64,000 bases of DNA from assembly GCF_000828675.1 (NCBI RefSeq), contig NZ_AP014510.1, positions 575,413 through 639,412 of the forward strand, read 5' to 3'. Shown here piece by piece: positions 1 through 10,065 of the stretch. The DNA comes from Thermotoga profunda AZM34c06. GTDB lineage: Bacteria > Thermotogota > Thermotogae > Thermotogales > DSM-5069. A program made the translations under genes and the position numbers. A model generated the notes under the pieces. It ran no database searches, was not told the origin of the DNA, and saw nothing but the letters and a program-made list of their open reading frames with translations. Numbering within the stretch: position 1 is the first letter of the stretch; each line of letters opens with the position of its first letter.

Positions 1-15
1 TGAAAGGAGATATAT

Positions 16-315
16 ATGATAACAAAAGATGATGTTTTGAAGGCTTTGGGGAATGTCATAGATTTTGAACTGGGATTGGACGTTGTGAGTTTAGGACTTG
101 TCTACGATATAGATATCGATCAACAGAATAATGTGACCGTTACAATGACTATGACAACACCTGCTTGTCCACTTGCTGGGATGATTCTGCAAGATGCCGA
201 AGACAAGATTCGCGAGATAGAAGGCGTCAAAGATGTCAAAATCAACTTGACCTTTGATCCACCATGGACACCTGACAGAATGAATGAGGAGTTGCGAAAA
301 AGATTTGGGATATGA
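16..315 (+). CDS. DUF59/MIP18-family Fe-S cluster assembly protein (SufT-like)
   Basis: 99 aa with the TPACPLAG motif typical of DUF59 metal-sulfur cluster proteins. AGGAGA RBS upstream. Stop overlaps the next start (ATGA). Confidence 0.7.
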   Translation: MITKDDVLKALGNVIDFELGLDVVSLGLVYDIDIDQQNNVTVTMTMTTPACPLAGMILQDAEDKIREIEGVKDVKINLTFDPPWTPDRMNEELRKRFGI

Positions 316-1124
316 CTTTTAGAGAACTGTACATATTGTTGAAGAATATACTCAGTAGTGCCTCTGAATCACCAGGGACAGAGGCACTTTTGATTTTGTC
401 AACCATCACTGGCATGACAAAAGAAAGGATACTGCTTTCATTTGAAAATAAGATCGATGATGAACTTTCAAAGCAAACACTTGAATCTGCAACACTTAGA
501 TCAAATGGTTTTCCTTTGCAGTACATAACAAAAAAATGCTATTTCTATGGGTTGGAATTTTATATAGAAGAAGGTGTCTTCATACCGAGGATCGAAACGG
601 AAACTTTAGTTGATCTTGCTTTAGAGTTAATCGATCGCGAGAACCTAAGGACTGTTGTTGATATAGGGACAGGTTCGGGAGCAATAGCCATCGCCATCGC
701 GTTGAACAGTGATTGTGAAGTCTACGCGACTGATATTAATGAAAAAGCCATTTCAATAGCTCAGAAAAATGCTCAAAAACAGGGGGCAAGAATAAACTTT
801 CTCAGAGGTGCATTTTTGGAACCCGTCAAGCCATTTATTCATAAAATCGATTTGATCATTTCAAATCCTCCATATATCCCTACAACTGCAACTCTTCCAA
901 AAGATGTTTTGGCGGAACCTCATGACGCGTTATTTGCAGGAGAAGACGGTCTTGATTTCTACAAACAATTTTTCAAGGAAATAGAATTCATTAAAGGAAA
1001 ACATGTTATGATGGAGTTTTCTTTAGAACAAAGGGATCAATTGAAAGAACTCTGTTATTTTGGAAATATTTCATTTTTTCATGATCAATTTGGAAAAATC
1101 AGGTTTTTTCATATAAAGATATAG
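312..1124 (+). CDS. prmC: release factor glutamine N5-methyltransferase (HemK/PrmC)
   Basis: SAM-binding DIGTGSGAIA motif and the substrate-binding NPPY motif (IISNPPYIP). 270 aa. Confidence 0.8.
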   Translation: MTFRELYILLKNILSSASESPGTEALLILSTITGMTKERILLSFENKIDDELSKQTLESATLRSNGFPLQYITKKCYFYGLEFYIEEGVFIPRIETETLVDLALELIDRENLRTVVDIGTGSGAIAIAIALNSDCEVYATDINEKAISIAQKNAQKQGARINFLRGAFLEPVKPFIHKIDLIISNPPYIPTTATLPKDVLAEPHDALFAGEDGLDFYKQFFKEIEFIKGKHVMMEFSLEQRDQLKELCYFGNISFFHDQFGKIRFFHIKI

Positions 1125-1168
1125 TAGTAAAATAATTCGTGAGTCTAACAACATTGAGGTGAAAGAAT

Positions 1169-2896
1169 TTGAAAAGACTCTTGGGTTATGCAAAGCCTTA
1201 TTTTTGGTTTTTCGTGCTTGCAATACTCATAGTTCTTGTATCTGCAGTTGTTGATCTTTTGCCACCACAAATTGTAAGAAGAGCAATTGATGGATATATG
1301 AATAACACGACATTGAGTATTGAACAACGCATTAATGGTGTATCAGTGATGGCGTTTGTATTGCTGGGTGTGGTAGGTCTCCAATTTTTGTTGGGATATT
1401 TGAGTACTTATATAACATCTTTTCTTGGAAACAAGATAGTCTATGACGTGAGGAGCGAGCTTTATAGGAAAGTGTTAGATCTACCAATGTCATTTTTCGA
1501 TAAGAACCCCTCCGGAAGAATAAATACAAGAATAGTCAACGACACACAGAACATTCAGGAATTTTTCTCGAGCGTTATAACTTCCATGGTAAAAGATATC
1601 TTCTTGCTGGCAGGAGTAATTTATTTCATGTTGAAAATAAGTACAAGACTTTTTGCAAATGTGAGCTTTGTATTCCCCATAATCGTTGTTGCAATGGTTT
1701 TATTCAGATATTTCGATTTAAAAGTCTATAAAGAAGTCAGAACAAATCTCGCTCGTGTTAATGCATACCTTGCAGAGCACATAAGTGGAATAAATGTGAT
1801 CAAACTATTTTTAGCTGAAGGTTATAAAGCAAAGGAATTTGACTCGGTGAACAAAGATTTGTATAAATCCCTGGTGAACCAACTCTACGTCTTTGGCATC
1901 TTCAGACCTTTTATAGACTTGATCCATTACTTTGCCCTGAGTGCGATAATTTGGTTTGGTTCGAAATACATAATAGGTGGATCAATTCACTTTGGTGAAC
2001 TTTATGCCTTTGTTGCTTATGTAGATACATTCATGAGACCTCTCGGTGATATATCAGAAAAATACGATATCATTCAAAACACAGCGGCTTCTTGTGAGAA
2101 GATCTTTACATTGATGGATGAGAAACCAGAAGTATTGGGTAATCCAAAAGATGACAGCAAGATAACCACAGGAGAGCTCGTCTTTAAAGATGTCTGGTTC
2201 AGTTACGATTCAGAAAGGTGGATTCTCAAAAACATAAACATTTCTTTCAAGCCAGGGGAATTGACGGCCATTGTCGGAGAAACTGGAGCGGGTAAGACTT
2301 CGTTGATGAATCTGATCAATGGAATGTATGTTCCTCAAAAGGGAGAGATCTTAATAGATGGAAAGAATATGTTCGGTTATGATTTAAGAAAGATAAGAAA
2401 ACAAATCGCAACCGTTCCACAAGATGTGATACTCTTCTCCGGGACGATTTTTGATAATATCAGGCTGTTTCATGAGCAATACACTGAGCAACAAGTTATT
2501 GCGGCACTTGAAAAGGTATACGCATACGATGTCATAGAAAAGCTCAGCAACGGGATATATACAAAGATAATTGAGCGTGGATCGACACTCTCCGCTGGGG
2601 AAAGGCAGCTCATAGCTTTAGCTCGAGCGGTTCTGTTTGATGCGAAGATACTGATCTTGGATGAAGCAACCAGTAATATAGACGTTGATACAGAATCCAG
2701 AATCGAGACAGCCGTCAGAGAATTATCCAAAGACAAGACTGTTATCATGATTGCGCATAGACTCTCGACTGTAAAAGGTGCAGACAGAATAGTAGTTGTT
2801 CATGATGGCAAGGTTGCAGAAGAAGGTCGACACGCAGATTTGCTCTCTAAAAAGGGCGTCTATTACAAACTCTATCAGATACAGTTTGCTTCCTGA
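1169..2896 (+). CDS. ABC exporter, fused permease/ATPase (MsbA/multidrug type)
   Basis: Six N-terminal TM segments followed by Walker A (GETGAGKTS), ABC signature (LSAGERQ) and Walker B (ILILDEATS). TTG start with GAGGTGA RBS. Confidence 0.85.
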   Translation: MKRLLGYAKPYFWFFVLAILIVLVSAVVDLLPPQIVRRAIDGYMNNTTLSIEQRINGVSVMAFVLLGVVGLQFLLGYLSTYITSFLGNKIVYDVRSELYRKVLDLPMSFFDKNPSGRINTRIVNDTQNIQEFFSSVITSMVKDIFLLAGVIYFMLKISTRLFANVSFVFPIIVVAMVLFRYFDLKVYKEVRTNLARVNAYLAEHISGINVIKLFLAEGYKAKEFDSVNKDLYKSLVNQLYVFGIFRPFIDLIHYFALSAIIWFGSKYIIGGSIHFGELYAFVAYVDTFMRPLGDISEKYDIIQNTAASCEKIFTLMDEKPEVLGNPKDDSKITTGELVFKDVWFSYDSERWILKNINISFKPGELTAIVGETGAGKTSLMNLINGMYVPQKGEILIDGKNMFGYDLRKIRKQIATVPQDVILFSGTIFDNIRLFHEQYTEQQVIAALEKVYAYDVIEKLSNGIYTKIIERGSTLSAGERQLIALARAVLFDAKILILDEATSNIDVDTESRIETAVRELSKDKTVIMIAHRLSTVKGADRIVVVHDGKVAEEGRHADLLSKKGVYYKLYQIQFAS

Positions 2897-3029
2897 GTCC
2901 TTGGCAAGAGAGTTTTGTTCATTGGTTTTCTGGTAAAATTTAAAAATAATCCCTACCGATTGTTTTTATACAAAAAGATCGTTTTCTTTATCCTTCAATT
3001 TTGGTATTGTATTCTATGAGGTGATCAAT

Positions 3030-3821
3030 TTGGTTCTTGAAAGAATCCAGCTCTTTTTATTGGATATGGATGGTACCTTTTATTTGGGTGATGATCTTCT
3101 TCCTGGTGCGCTGGATTTTGTAGAGACGATAAGAGAACAAGGAAAGAGATTCCTTTTTTTGACAAACAATTCTTCCAAAGACAGCAGACAATATGTTGCT
3201 AAATTGAGAAGACTTGGCGTTCACGTTGATATAGAAGATGTTTTCACATCTGGTGAGGCTACTGCCATTTTCACGAAGTACAGATATGGGAATGCGAGGG
3301 TCTTTGTTATAGGTACACAGTCGCTTGTTAAGACCTTCGAAGAATATGGTCATATTGTCACTAATGTAGATCCGCAGGTCGTAATCCTTGGTTATGATAC
3401 AGAAATTAATTATGAAAAACTATCCTTAGGATGTCTTTTCATAAGAAAAGGATTAGACTACATAGCTACACACCCAGATATAAACTGCCCATCGTCTCAA
3501 GGTCCGTTGCCTGATGCTGGTTCATTCATTGCGTTGATAGAAAAGTCCACAGGTAGAAAACCAGATTTCATCATTGGTAAACCAAATCCTTTGATGCTGC
3601 AAATGATCGTGGAGAAGACTGGCGTTAAGCCAGAACAAATAGCAATGGTTGGCGATAGGCTCTACACCGATATGGAATTTGCTAAAAGATCTGGTATTCT
3701 TTCAATACTCGTTCTTTCTGGTGAGAGTAGCTTAGACGATTTGGCAAAGGTTGAACAAAAGCCAGATTTGGTTTTACAGAACATAGGAGAACTTGCTTCA
3801 ATACTCAAAAGGAAGGTTTGA
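3030..3821 (+). CDS. HAD-IIA family hydrolase (NagD-like sugar phosphatase)
   Basis: LLDMDGT catalytic motif, LTNNSS, GDRLYTDM. The ORF track begins at GTG 3021, but a GAGGTGA RBS sits 6 nt before TTG 3030. Confidence 0.75.
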   Translation: MVLERIQLFLLDMDGTFYLGDDLLPGALDFVETIREQGKRFLFLTNNSSKDSRQYVAKLRRLGVHVDIEDVFTSGEATAIFTKYRYGNARVFVIGTQSLVKTFEEYGHIVTNVDPQVVILGYDTEINYEKLSLGCLFIRKGLDYIATHPDINCPSSQGPLPDAGSFIALIEKSTGRKPDFIIGKPNPLMLQMIVEKTGVKPEQIAMVGDRLYTDMEFAKRSGILSILVLSGESSLDDLAKVEQKPDLVLQNIGELASILKRKV

Positions 3822-3824
3822 ATC

Positions 3825-4448
3825 TTGAACATAAAGTATCGTTTAAGAACTAAGAAGGTTGAGGAACTTGTCAACCTTGCACAAGCTGGTTTGAAAGAGG
3901 CTCTCGATCTTTTGGTTGAGAAATATTACCCAATGGTCATGAAAATATCATCAAAATACTATGCACCTTGGGCTGACTTTCAAGATCTTGTGCAGAATGG
4001 GTTAGTTGGTTTGATCAAAGCGGTTTATTATTACCAACCCGATAAAAGTGGTTTTTCCTCGTTCGCCTGGAGAAGTATTGAATCTGAATTGAAATCTTTT
4101 TTGACATTTTTGAACAGGAAGAAAAACAGGATGCTCACAGATGCGGTCAGTGTAGATCTTTTGACCAGTGAAGATTCCGAAGAAACGGGATATTCATTTC
4201 AAGACATTTCATTTTCTACAGCGCGTCAAGCTATTGCCAGTATAATCATGGAAAAGATTTACGAGCTTTTATCTGATTTAGAAGTTCAAATAATCCAAAT
4301 GTGGATAGATGGAGTGAGTTATGAACAAATAGAGCAAGAGTTAGGCGTGAATTTCAAGAAAGTCGATAACACTGTACAAAAACTCAAAAGATTGTTGAAG
4401 GAGAAAATAAATCCAGTACTTTTGAGAATGTTCTTCGATGAACTCTAA
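3825..4448 (+). CDS. sigma-70 family RNA polymerase sigma factor (small, group 3/4-like)
   Basis: Region 2-like segment (DLVQNGLVGLIKAVYYY) and a C-terminal region 4-like HTH. 207 aa. TTG start. Confidence 0.6.
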   Translation: MNIKYRLRTKKVEELVNLAQAGLKEALDLLVEKYYPMVMKISSKYYAPWADFQDLVQNGLVGLIKAVYYYQPDKSGFSSFAWRSIESELKSFLTFLNRKKNRMLTDAVSVDLLTSEDSEETGYSFQDISFSTARQAIASIIMEKIYELLSDLEVQIIQMWIDGVSYEQIEQELGVNFKKVDNTVQKLKRLLKEKINPVLLRMFFDEL

Positions 4449-4924
4449 GACTTTCTCCAACTTTTTCTGAGATCTTCGAGCTGTTCAAGAACACCATATT
4501 CATTCAATTCTTCAAGAAGTATCTCATCATGCATATTTGAAATGTACAGATCCACCGCTTGAATGAATTCTTCTAAGGCAAGATGGCAGGCTATGAGCAT
4601 AGCTACAATTCTTTGATCTTTCATACCAAGTTGGATGGCTCTCAAGAGTAAAAGTTTGGTGTTGTCGTACCTTTCAAGGTTGAAAAGCGTAGATGCCAGA
4701 TTTACATAGGCTGGTACATAATCTCTATCAAGCTCAATTGCTTTTTGATAGCATTCAATTGCCCTTGCAACCTTTTCCATTCTTCTGTAGACATTACCAA
4801 GGTTGTTCCAAATCTCTGGAGTTTGTCGCAGGCTTAGACACTGTTTATAAAAATCTTCAGCCTTTTCAAATTCACCTTTTTCAGCTGCCTTGTATGCTTC
4901 TCTGAATAACTCCTCAAAGTTCAT
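4445..4924 (-). CDS. TPR repeat protein
   Basis: 159 aa with three to four tetratricopeptide-like repeats (W..LG..Y, A...Y..A). Convergent 4-nt overlap with the sigma factor gene. Confidence 0.6.
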   Translation of the reverse strand: MNFEELFREAYKAAEKGEFEKAEDFYKQCLSLRQTPEIWNNLGNVYRRMEKVARAIECYQKAIELDRDYVPAYVNLASTLFNLERYDNTKLLLLRAIQLGMKDQRIVAMLIACHLALEEFIQAVDLYISNMHDEILLEELNEYGVLEQLEDLRKSWRKS

Positions 4925-6534
4925 TTGATCAGTCCTCGTGTGTAATAAATAGTGTCAGAGTAAAGCTCATCTGCAAATCTAATCTGCACTGTAACGGGCG
5001 TTATATCAGATGGAAGCGGTCTTGTGCGATTGAAAGTGATTTTCCATATGGGTTGCCATATATCAACAGGTGATGCGACTAAACCAGTACCACCACTGAA
5101 CAAAACAAATTCTGAGGTTGGTGAACTCGTAAAGATCTTTACATTTTTTCCACGCAATGTCACGATGTCCGTCTTTCTGAAGTTATTCGGCAGGTCTTGG
5201 AAGAAAACGCCATATGCCGAACCTCTTTTTATGAAGGAAAGAGTTTTTTCAAAAAAGCTTTGATCGGCTTTCAACCACTGTAATTTCACATGGTTTAATG
5301 AGATATTGAAAAAAACCGGTCCGCCGCCTTCACGTACCTCTAAGAAATCTCTTACATACGGCACAGCCTCTCCGAGAATATTTTCTACTCTGACAAGTAG
5401 ATTGATATTATCATTCTCAAGGTTGAGATTATCGATCTTCACTATGAGTGGCTCTTGGGATTTCATGGGGTGTATCGTTACTGTGTCTGTCTTCCAGTTC
5501 ATGAAAATCAGATATGGATATAGATACTCAAAAAGCATCGTACCGTCTGATGGTGTATAGAATTCGTAAAGTTTATCATCTCGAATGAAGGCGAGCTTTC
5601 GATCTTTCGTCAATATAATTGGGTCACCGTGAATACTCACTTCGAAAGACCAGGCATTGTAAGAAGGAAGAGATTTGATTTTCTTGAAAGAGAAATCGTA
5701 GTATAAAAGTTGATTTTTCATTACATCGAGAATCCAAAAGCCATATGGGGTTAATTCAATATCGTTGATGATATAGAAATCATCAAGCGAAAAGAAATCG
5801 ACAGATTTGCCATCGTACACGAAGACCCTATCGACGTCACTACCCCAAAGCCTTCCAATTCTGTCAAAACCCGCAAGTATAGGATTTATGAAACCTTCAT
5901 GAATGATCTTTTCAGATTCATTTTTCAAGTCGTACTCAATCAACTTCCCATCACCACTGATATACAACAAACCTGAATGAGAAATGGCTAAGCTATTTGG
6001 TGATGTATTGGTTTTTAAAATTTTGTAATTTCCTTCAAAAGTCAATATCAGTCTTTTGTTTGCTTTATCGGCGATGATTAGAGAATTCCCCCAAAAAGTA
6101 GCGGCATTTGGTGTATAAAAATATTCTGTGCCTTTCTGAAAACCAGAGAATACTATTGATTCGTCGAAAACAGTTGGTGTGGAAAACTCGAGTGGTTTTT
6201 GAAGTGTTTCAATCTCCTTGAGTAATGAGATAACTTCAGACTTACCGGGGCTGATGACAAGAATGGTTTTGAGATCCTCTTGTGCTCTTTCCACTGCACG
6301 CATGTCTATGTCTATTTTGGAAGTGAAAAACCAAAATTCGGGTATGTCGGAAACATAAATCAAGCCTGATAAGGCTTCATCCATGAGAGATCTTGCTTTA
6401 CTGACATCTCCATCATACCAGAGAGAAAGCGCTTGAGAAAAAAGGTCTCGCGCTTGTTCTTCGTTGATTATTGAAAAACTCGTAATTGAGATAATAGACA
6501 CCAACAACAAGCAAAATGCTTTTTTCACCATCAA
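4921..6534 (-). CDS. secreted hypothetical protein (signal peptide, TPR-like N-terminus, repeat/beta-rich body)
   Basis: N-terminal hydrophobic signal peptide MMVKKAFCLLLVSIISI. No recognisable catalytic motif. Co-directional and overlapping with plsY and the TPR gene. Confidence 0.5.
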   Translation of the reverse strand: MMVKKAFCLLLVSIISITSFSIINEEQARDLFSQALSLWYDGDVSKARSLMDEALSGLIYVSDIPEFWFFTSKIDIDMRAVERAQEDLKTILVISPGKSEVISLLKEIETLQKPLEFSTPTVFDESIVFSGFQKGTEYFYTPNAATFWGNSLIIADKANKRLILTFEGNYKILKTNTSPNSLAISHSGLLYISGDGKLIEYDLKNESEKIIHEGFINPILAGFDRIGRLWGSDVDRVFVYDGKSVDFFSLDDFYIINDIELTPYGFWILDVMKNQLLYYDFSFKKIKSLPSYNAWSFEVSIHGDPIILTKDRKLAFIRDDKLYEFYTPSDGTMLFEYLYPYLIFMNWKTDTVTIHPMKSQEPLIVKIDNLNLENDNINLLVRVENILGEAVPYVRDFLEVREGGGPVFFNISLNHVKLQWLKADQSFFEKTLSFIKRGSAYGVFFQDLPNNFRKTDIVTLRGKNVKIFTSSPTSEFVLFSGGTGLVASPVDIWQPIWKITFNRTRPLPSDITPVTVQIRFADELYSDTIYYTRGLIK

Positions 6535-7133
6535 CGCCTCTTTCTAAATATTTCAATCAAATCAGTCTTTCTTTCAGAATGTTTCATCAGCCTCTCTATA
6601 TTATCGGCATGTCTCAGTGTAGATAATGTTGCAAGTAGCAAGAAGAGCACGGCAAAATCTTTGTTAAAAAAGTATGTCACCAGAGATGCGATATACATAC
6701 CAATTATCGACCCAAGTGAGACATATTTTGTCCAAAGGATGATCGACAACCAACTTGCAAGAAACACAAAACCAGAAACTGGAACCAATGCGAAGAAGGC
6801 ACCAGTTGTACTCGCAACACCCTTTCCACCTTTGAATTTCAAGAAGATCGGAAAATCATGTCCTAACACTGCGCATATTGCTGCAACACCAACATAATAT
6901 GGATTTTGATTGAAAATCTTTGAAGTTATAAGTATTGGGACGAAAGATTTGACACCGTCAAGAATCATCGAAGCCACACCAATTATGGGACCTGCTGCCC
7001 TTAAAGCATTTGTACCTCCAACATTGCCACTTCCTACATTCCTGACATCCACCTTTTTCAGCCTTGGGAGCAAATAACTGAATGGTATCGATCCACAGAG
7101 ATAACAGATCAATCCAACAAGAAGATAATTCAT
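6531..7133 (-). CDS. plsY: glycerol-3-phosphate acyltransferase PlsY
   Basis: GSGNVGGTNALR motif and a multi-TM body typical of PlsY. 200 aa. Confidence 0.85.
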   Translation of the reverse strand: MNYLLVGLICYLCGSIPFSYLLPRLKKVDVRNVGSGNVGGTNALRAAGPIIGVASMILDGVKSFVPILITSKIFNQNPYYVGVAAICAVLGHDFPIFLKFKGGKGVASTTGAFFALVPVSGFVFLASWLSIILWTKYVSLGSIIGMYIASLVTYFFNKDFAVLFLLLATLSTLRHADNIERLMKHSERKTDLIEIFRKRR

Positions 7134-8446
7134 CTTTTCTCCCTACCTTTGAAGTTTATGATCAAAGGTGTACCTGTGAAAGGATCTACTCTTTCCCTGA
7201 GTAATCTTTGTAGAGTTTTTTCAATACCTTCATTCGTGAGTTCTTTTTTGTTGACTTGGACGAGGAACTTTGGTGGCTTTGTCTTAATTTGTCTAATGGA
7301 ATATATTTTAAGATCACCCCTTGAAAGGTTTGGTGAGAGTAAGGAAAGCTGCGACACGAGTCTACTCAGTTGTTCTTGCTGAATTTTTCTTGAATAAGAT
7401 TCGTAAGCCTCCAAAATCGCATCAGTTAGTTGTTTCAGCCCGGTTTTCTTTGTCGCGCTGGTAAAGATAAGACGGCAAAAACTCGCAAACGGCATCTCAT
7501 TCAGATACATTGCTTCGTGATCTTTTTTAGAGATATTACTCAGATCGAACTTGTTCATCACACAAACCATGGCTTTGCCGTTGCTCAAGATTAAATCTGC
7601 GATCTTTTTGTCTTGTTGTGTAATGCCTTCTGTTGCATCCATGATTAGCAAAACTATATCAGCCGACTCTATTGCGTCGATTGTCCTACTAACACTGAAG
7701 TATTCAACGGTTTTTCTCTGTATTCTACTTTTGCGTCTCATACCCGCGGTATCCACAAAGGTGAATTTCTTACCTGAAATAAGGATAGTTTCGTCAATAG
7801 AATCTCTGGTTGTACCTGGTATAGGAGTGACTGTTGAACGCTCTTGACCTATCAATGCGTTGAATAACGAAGACTTCCCAACATTTGGCTTACCAACTAA
7901 GGCAATGGCAGGTGGAGAATCTTCCGAGAATTTTTCAAAAGTAACGCCTTCAGCTTTGAGAATTTTCAGAATTTTTTCGAGTAATTCGTCTATGTTGTTC
8001 CCGTGTTGCGCCGAGACAAGTACATAGTCATCAAAACCCAATCTGAGAATATCAGAGATATTCTTCTCAACCGCAGAGATGTTTTCTGCTTTGTTTATTA
8101 CCAAAATGATTTTTTTACCGAGTTTTCTGAGTTGAGCTGCTATGTATTCGTCATCAGAGGTGATACCATTTCTGCCATCCACGACAAAGAGTATTAGATC
8201 TGCCTGTTGAAAAGTCTCAAAGGCTTTATTCTTCATAGCGGATAGGATCAGATCATTAGTTGTCTCAAAGATGCCACACGTGTCGTACAAAGTAAAAGCG
8301 GTCTCGTCATACATGACGAGACCTTTTATAGAATCGCGCGTAACACCTTCGACTTTTTCTGTTATCGCTTTACGTTTACCAATTAATCTGTTGAAGAGAG
8401 TAGATTTTCCAACATTTGTTCTGCCTGCGATAACGACAACAGCCAT
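7130..8446 (-). CDS. der: ribosome-biogenesis GTPase Der (EngA)
   Basis: Two tandem G domains (GRTNVGKSTLFN and GKPNVGKSSLFN) plus a C-terminal KH-like domain. 438 aa. Confidence 0.9.
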   Translation of the reverse strand: MAVVVIAGRTNVGKSTLFNRLIGKRKAITEKVEGVTRDSIKGLVMYDETAFTLYDTCGIFETTNDLILSAMKNKAFETFQQADLILFVVDGRNGITSDDEYIAAQLRKLGKKIILVINKAENISAVEKNISDILRLGFDDYVLVSAQHGNNIDELLEKILKILKAEGVTFEKFSEDSPPAIALVGKPNVGKSSLFNALIGQERSTVTPIPGTTRDSIDETILISGKKFTFVDTAGMRRKSRIQRKTVEYFSVSRTIDAIESADIVLLIMDATEGITQQDKKIADLILSNGKAMVCVMNKFDLSNISKKDHEAMYLNEMPFASFCRLIFTSATKKTGLKQLTDAILEAYESYSRKIQQEQLSRLVSQLSLLSPNLSRGDLKIYSIRQIKTKPPKFLVQVNKKELTNEGIEKTLQRLLRERVDPFTGTPLIINFKGREKR

Positions 8447-10065
8447 CAGCCTTTCATCCTATCACCAAGAGTTCTTTGGTTGTGTTTTTCATCTATCTTG
8501 CTTTTGTATTCTTCGTATGCTCTTTTTTCCTCGAGCTTCTTCTGACTGACCAACACTTTTCTTCTTTCAGGGATCAATCTCAAAACGAGAACTTCCAGTT
8601 CATCTCCTTCTTTGATATCCTCATGAGCATGACCAGATGGCATGAGTCCCTCAACAAAGAAGTCTTTCAAGAACACTATGAATCCAGAATTCACCTTTGA
8701 CTTCACTGTCGCTTTTACAACAGTATTCTCAGTTAACTTGGTCAAGACTTCTTCCCACGGGTCTTGTACTAATTGTTTCACGCTCAATCTCATTCGTCTC
8801 TGTTGTTGGTCAACCGAAAGAACCTTGACCTGAACCTTTTGTTTTTCTTTGAAGAGCTCAGAAGGATCTTTTATCCTGTTCCAAGAAAGTTCTGATTTTG
8901 GTACAAAACCACTTACACCGTCTTCTATCTCAACTATGATTCCCGTCGACAGGATTCTCTGTACAACTCCATCTACAACACTGCCTTCGGGATATTTCTG
9001 GGCTATGTTTTCCCAAGGATCTCCTTTTGCTCTTTTGTAGCTCAGTGATATTCTGCGTTTTTCACAATCTAATTCAACTACTTCTGCTTGAACGACCTGT
9101 CCAACTTTGAAATACTTGTGCAGATCGGTTTTCTTGCTTCCCCAGAAAATCTCCGAGATATGTATCAGACCGTCAAGGCCTGGCTCGAGATTCACAAATA
9201 TTCCAAAAGGCAAAATACTCTTTACAGTACCTTGGACTGTTGTTCCAACTGGATACTTTTCCATTACCCTTGACCAAGGATCTGGTTCTAATGCCTTTAA
9301 ACTGACGGTGATTGAAGATTTTGCCTGATCCATTTCAATTATCTTGACTTTTACCTTCTCTCCCTTTTTGATCACATCCTTTACAGAAAGCGAAGGATCA
9401 TGAGAGATTTCTGATTTTGGCAGAAAGGCTTTGACTACACCAAAGTTGATTATTGCGTGTGTATCTGTGATTTGTTCAACAGCACCCTCGATTTGATCTC
9501 CTACTTTGTGCGCTTTAAAGAACTCCTCTTTCATTTGATCTATCAAAGCTCTTCTTGAAACAACGATTCTCTGCCGCTTGCGATCTACAGAATACTCTGT
9601 AACCAGAAAATCCATTTCCTTATCTGGAATTGGTTGCTCTCTTCTCAACATCGATTGAGAACCTGGTAGGAAGGCATCAAAGACCCCATAGATCGTGACT
9701 TGATATCCTCCAGGTACCGCTTGAGTTATTCTCCCTTTGATTGGCGTCTTTGATTCATAGGCTTTTTTCAATTGATTTCTCATCTCTCTTGCGTACGGTC
9801 TTTTTTCTGAAAGTACTGCGTATCCTTCCTCATCGTTGATCTTCAGGATCTGTGCTTTGATCTTCTGACCTACGGTATAGTTGGTTGCTGGGTTTACTAA
9901 CTCGGTCTGAGGTATCATCCCCTCGCCTTTGCCACCAAAGTCAACGGAAATACCTTCGGCAGGATTTATTCTCGTTACAGTTGCTTCCACAACTTGACCC
10001 GGTGTGTTCTCGACAAAATCCAGATACTCTTGGAAGTTCTCCATCTTTTCGTTTTTCTCACTCAT
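8446..10065 (-). CDS. rpsA: 30S ribosomal protein S1
   Basis: 539 aa of repeated S1 RNA-binding domains (recurring G..V.G.V pattern). Conserved cmk-ispH-rpsA neighbourhood. Confidence 0.85.
   Translation of the reverse strand: MSEKNEKMENFQEYLDFVENTPGQVVEATVTRINPAEGISVDFGGKGEGMIPQTELVNPATNYTVGQKIKAQILKINDEEGYAVLSEKRPYAREMRNQLKKAYESKTPIKGRITQAVPGGYQVTIYGVFDAFLPGSQSMLRREQPIPDKEMDFLVTEYSVDRKRQRIVVSRRALIDQMKEEFFKAHKVGDQIEGAVEQITDTHAIINFGVVKAFLPKSEISHDPSLSVKDVIKKGEKVKVKIIEMDQAKSSITVSLKALEPDPWSRVMEKYPVGTTVQGTVKSILPFGIFVNLEPGLDGLIHISEIFWGSKKTDLHKYFKVGQVVQAEVVELDCEKRRISLSYKRAKGDPWENIAQKYPEGSVVDGVVQRILSTGIIVEIEDGVSGFVPKSELSWNRIKDPSELFKEKQKVQVKVLSVDQQQRRMRLSVKQLVQDPWEEVLTKLTENTVVKATVKSKVNSGFIVFLKDFFVEGLMPSGHAHEDIKEGDELEVLVLRLIPERRKVLVSQKKLEEKRAYEEYKSKIDEKHNQRTLGDRMKG

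Noticed and set aside
242-526. 94-aa minus-strand ORF overlapping DUF59 and prmC. Many similar antisense ORFs occur elsewhere (e.g. 2470..2748, 8476..8700, 19246..19680, 27252..27605, 45711..46133).
   Set aside because: They are fully embedded antisense to well-supported genes, with low-complexity or biased composition and no RBS. They are shadow ORFs typical of AT-rich genomes.
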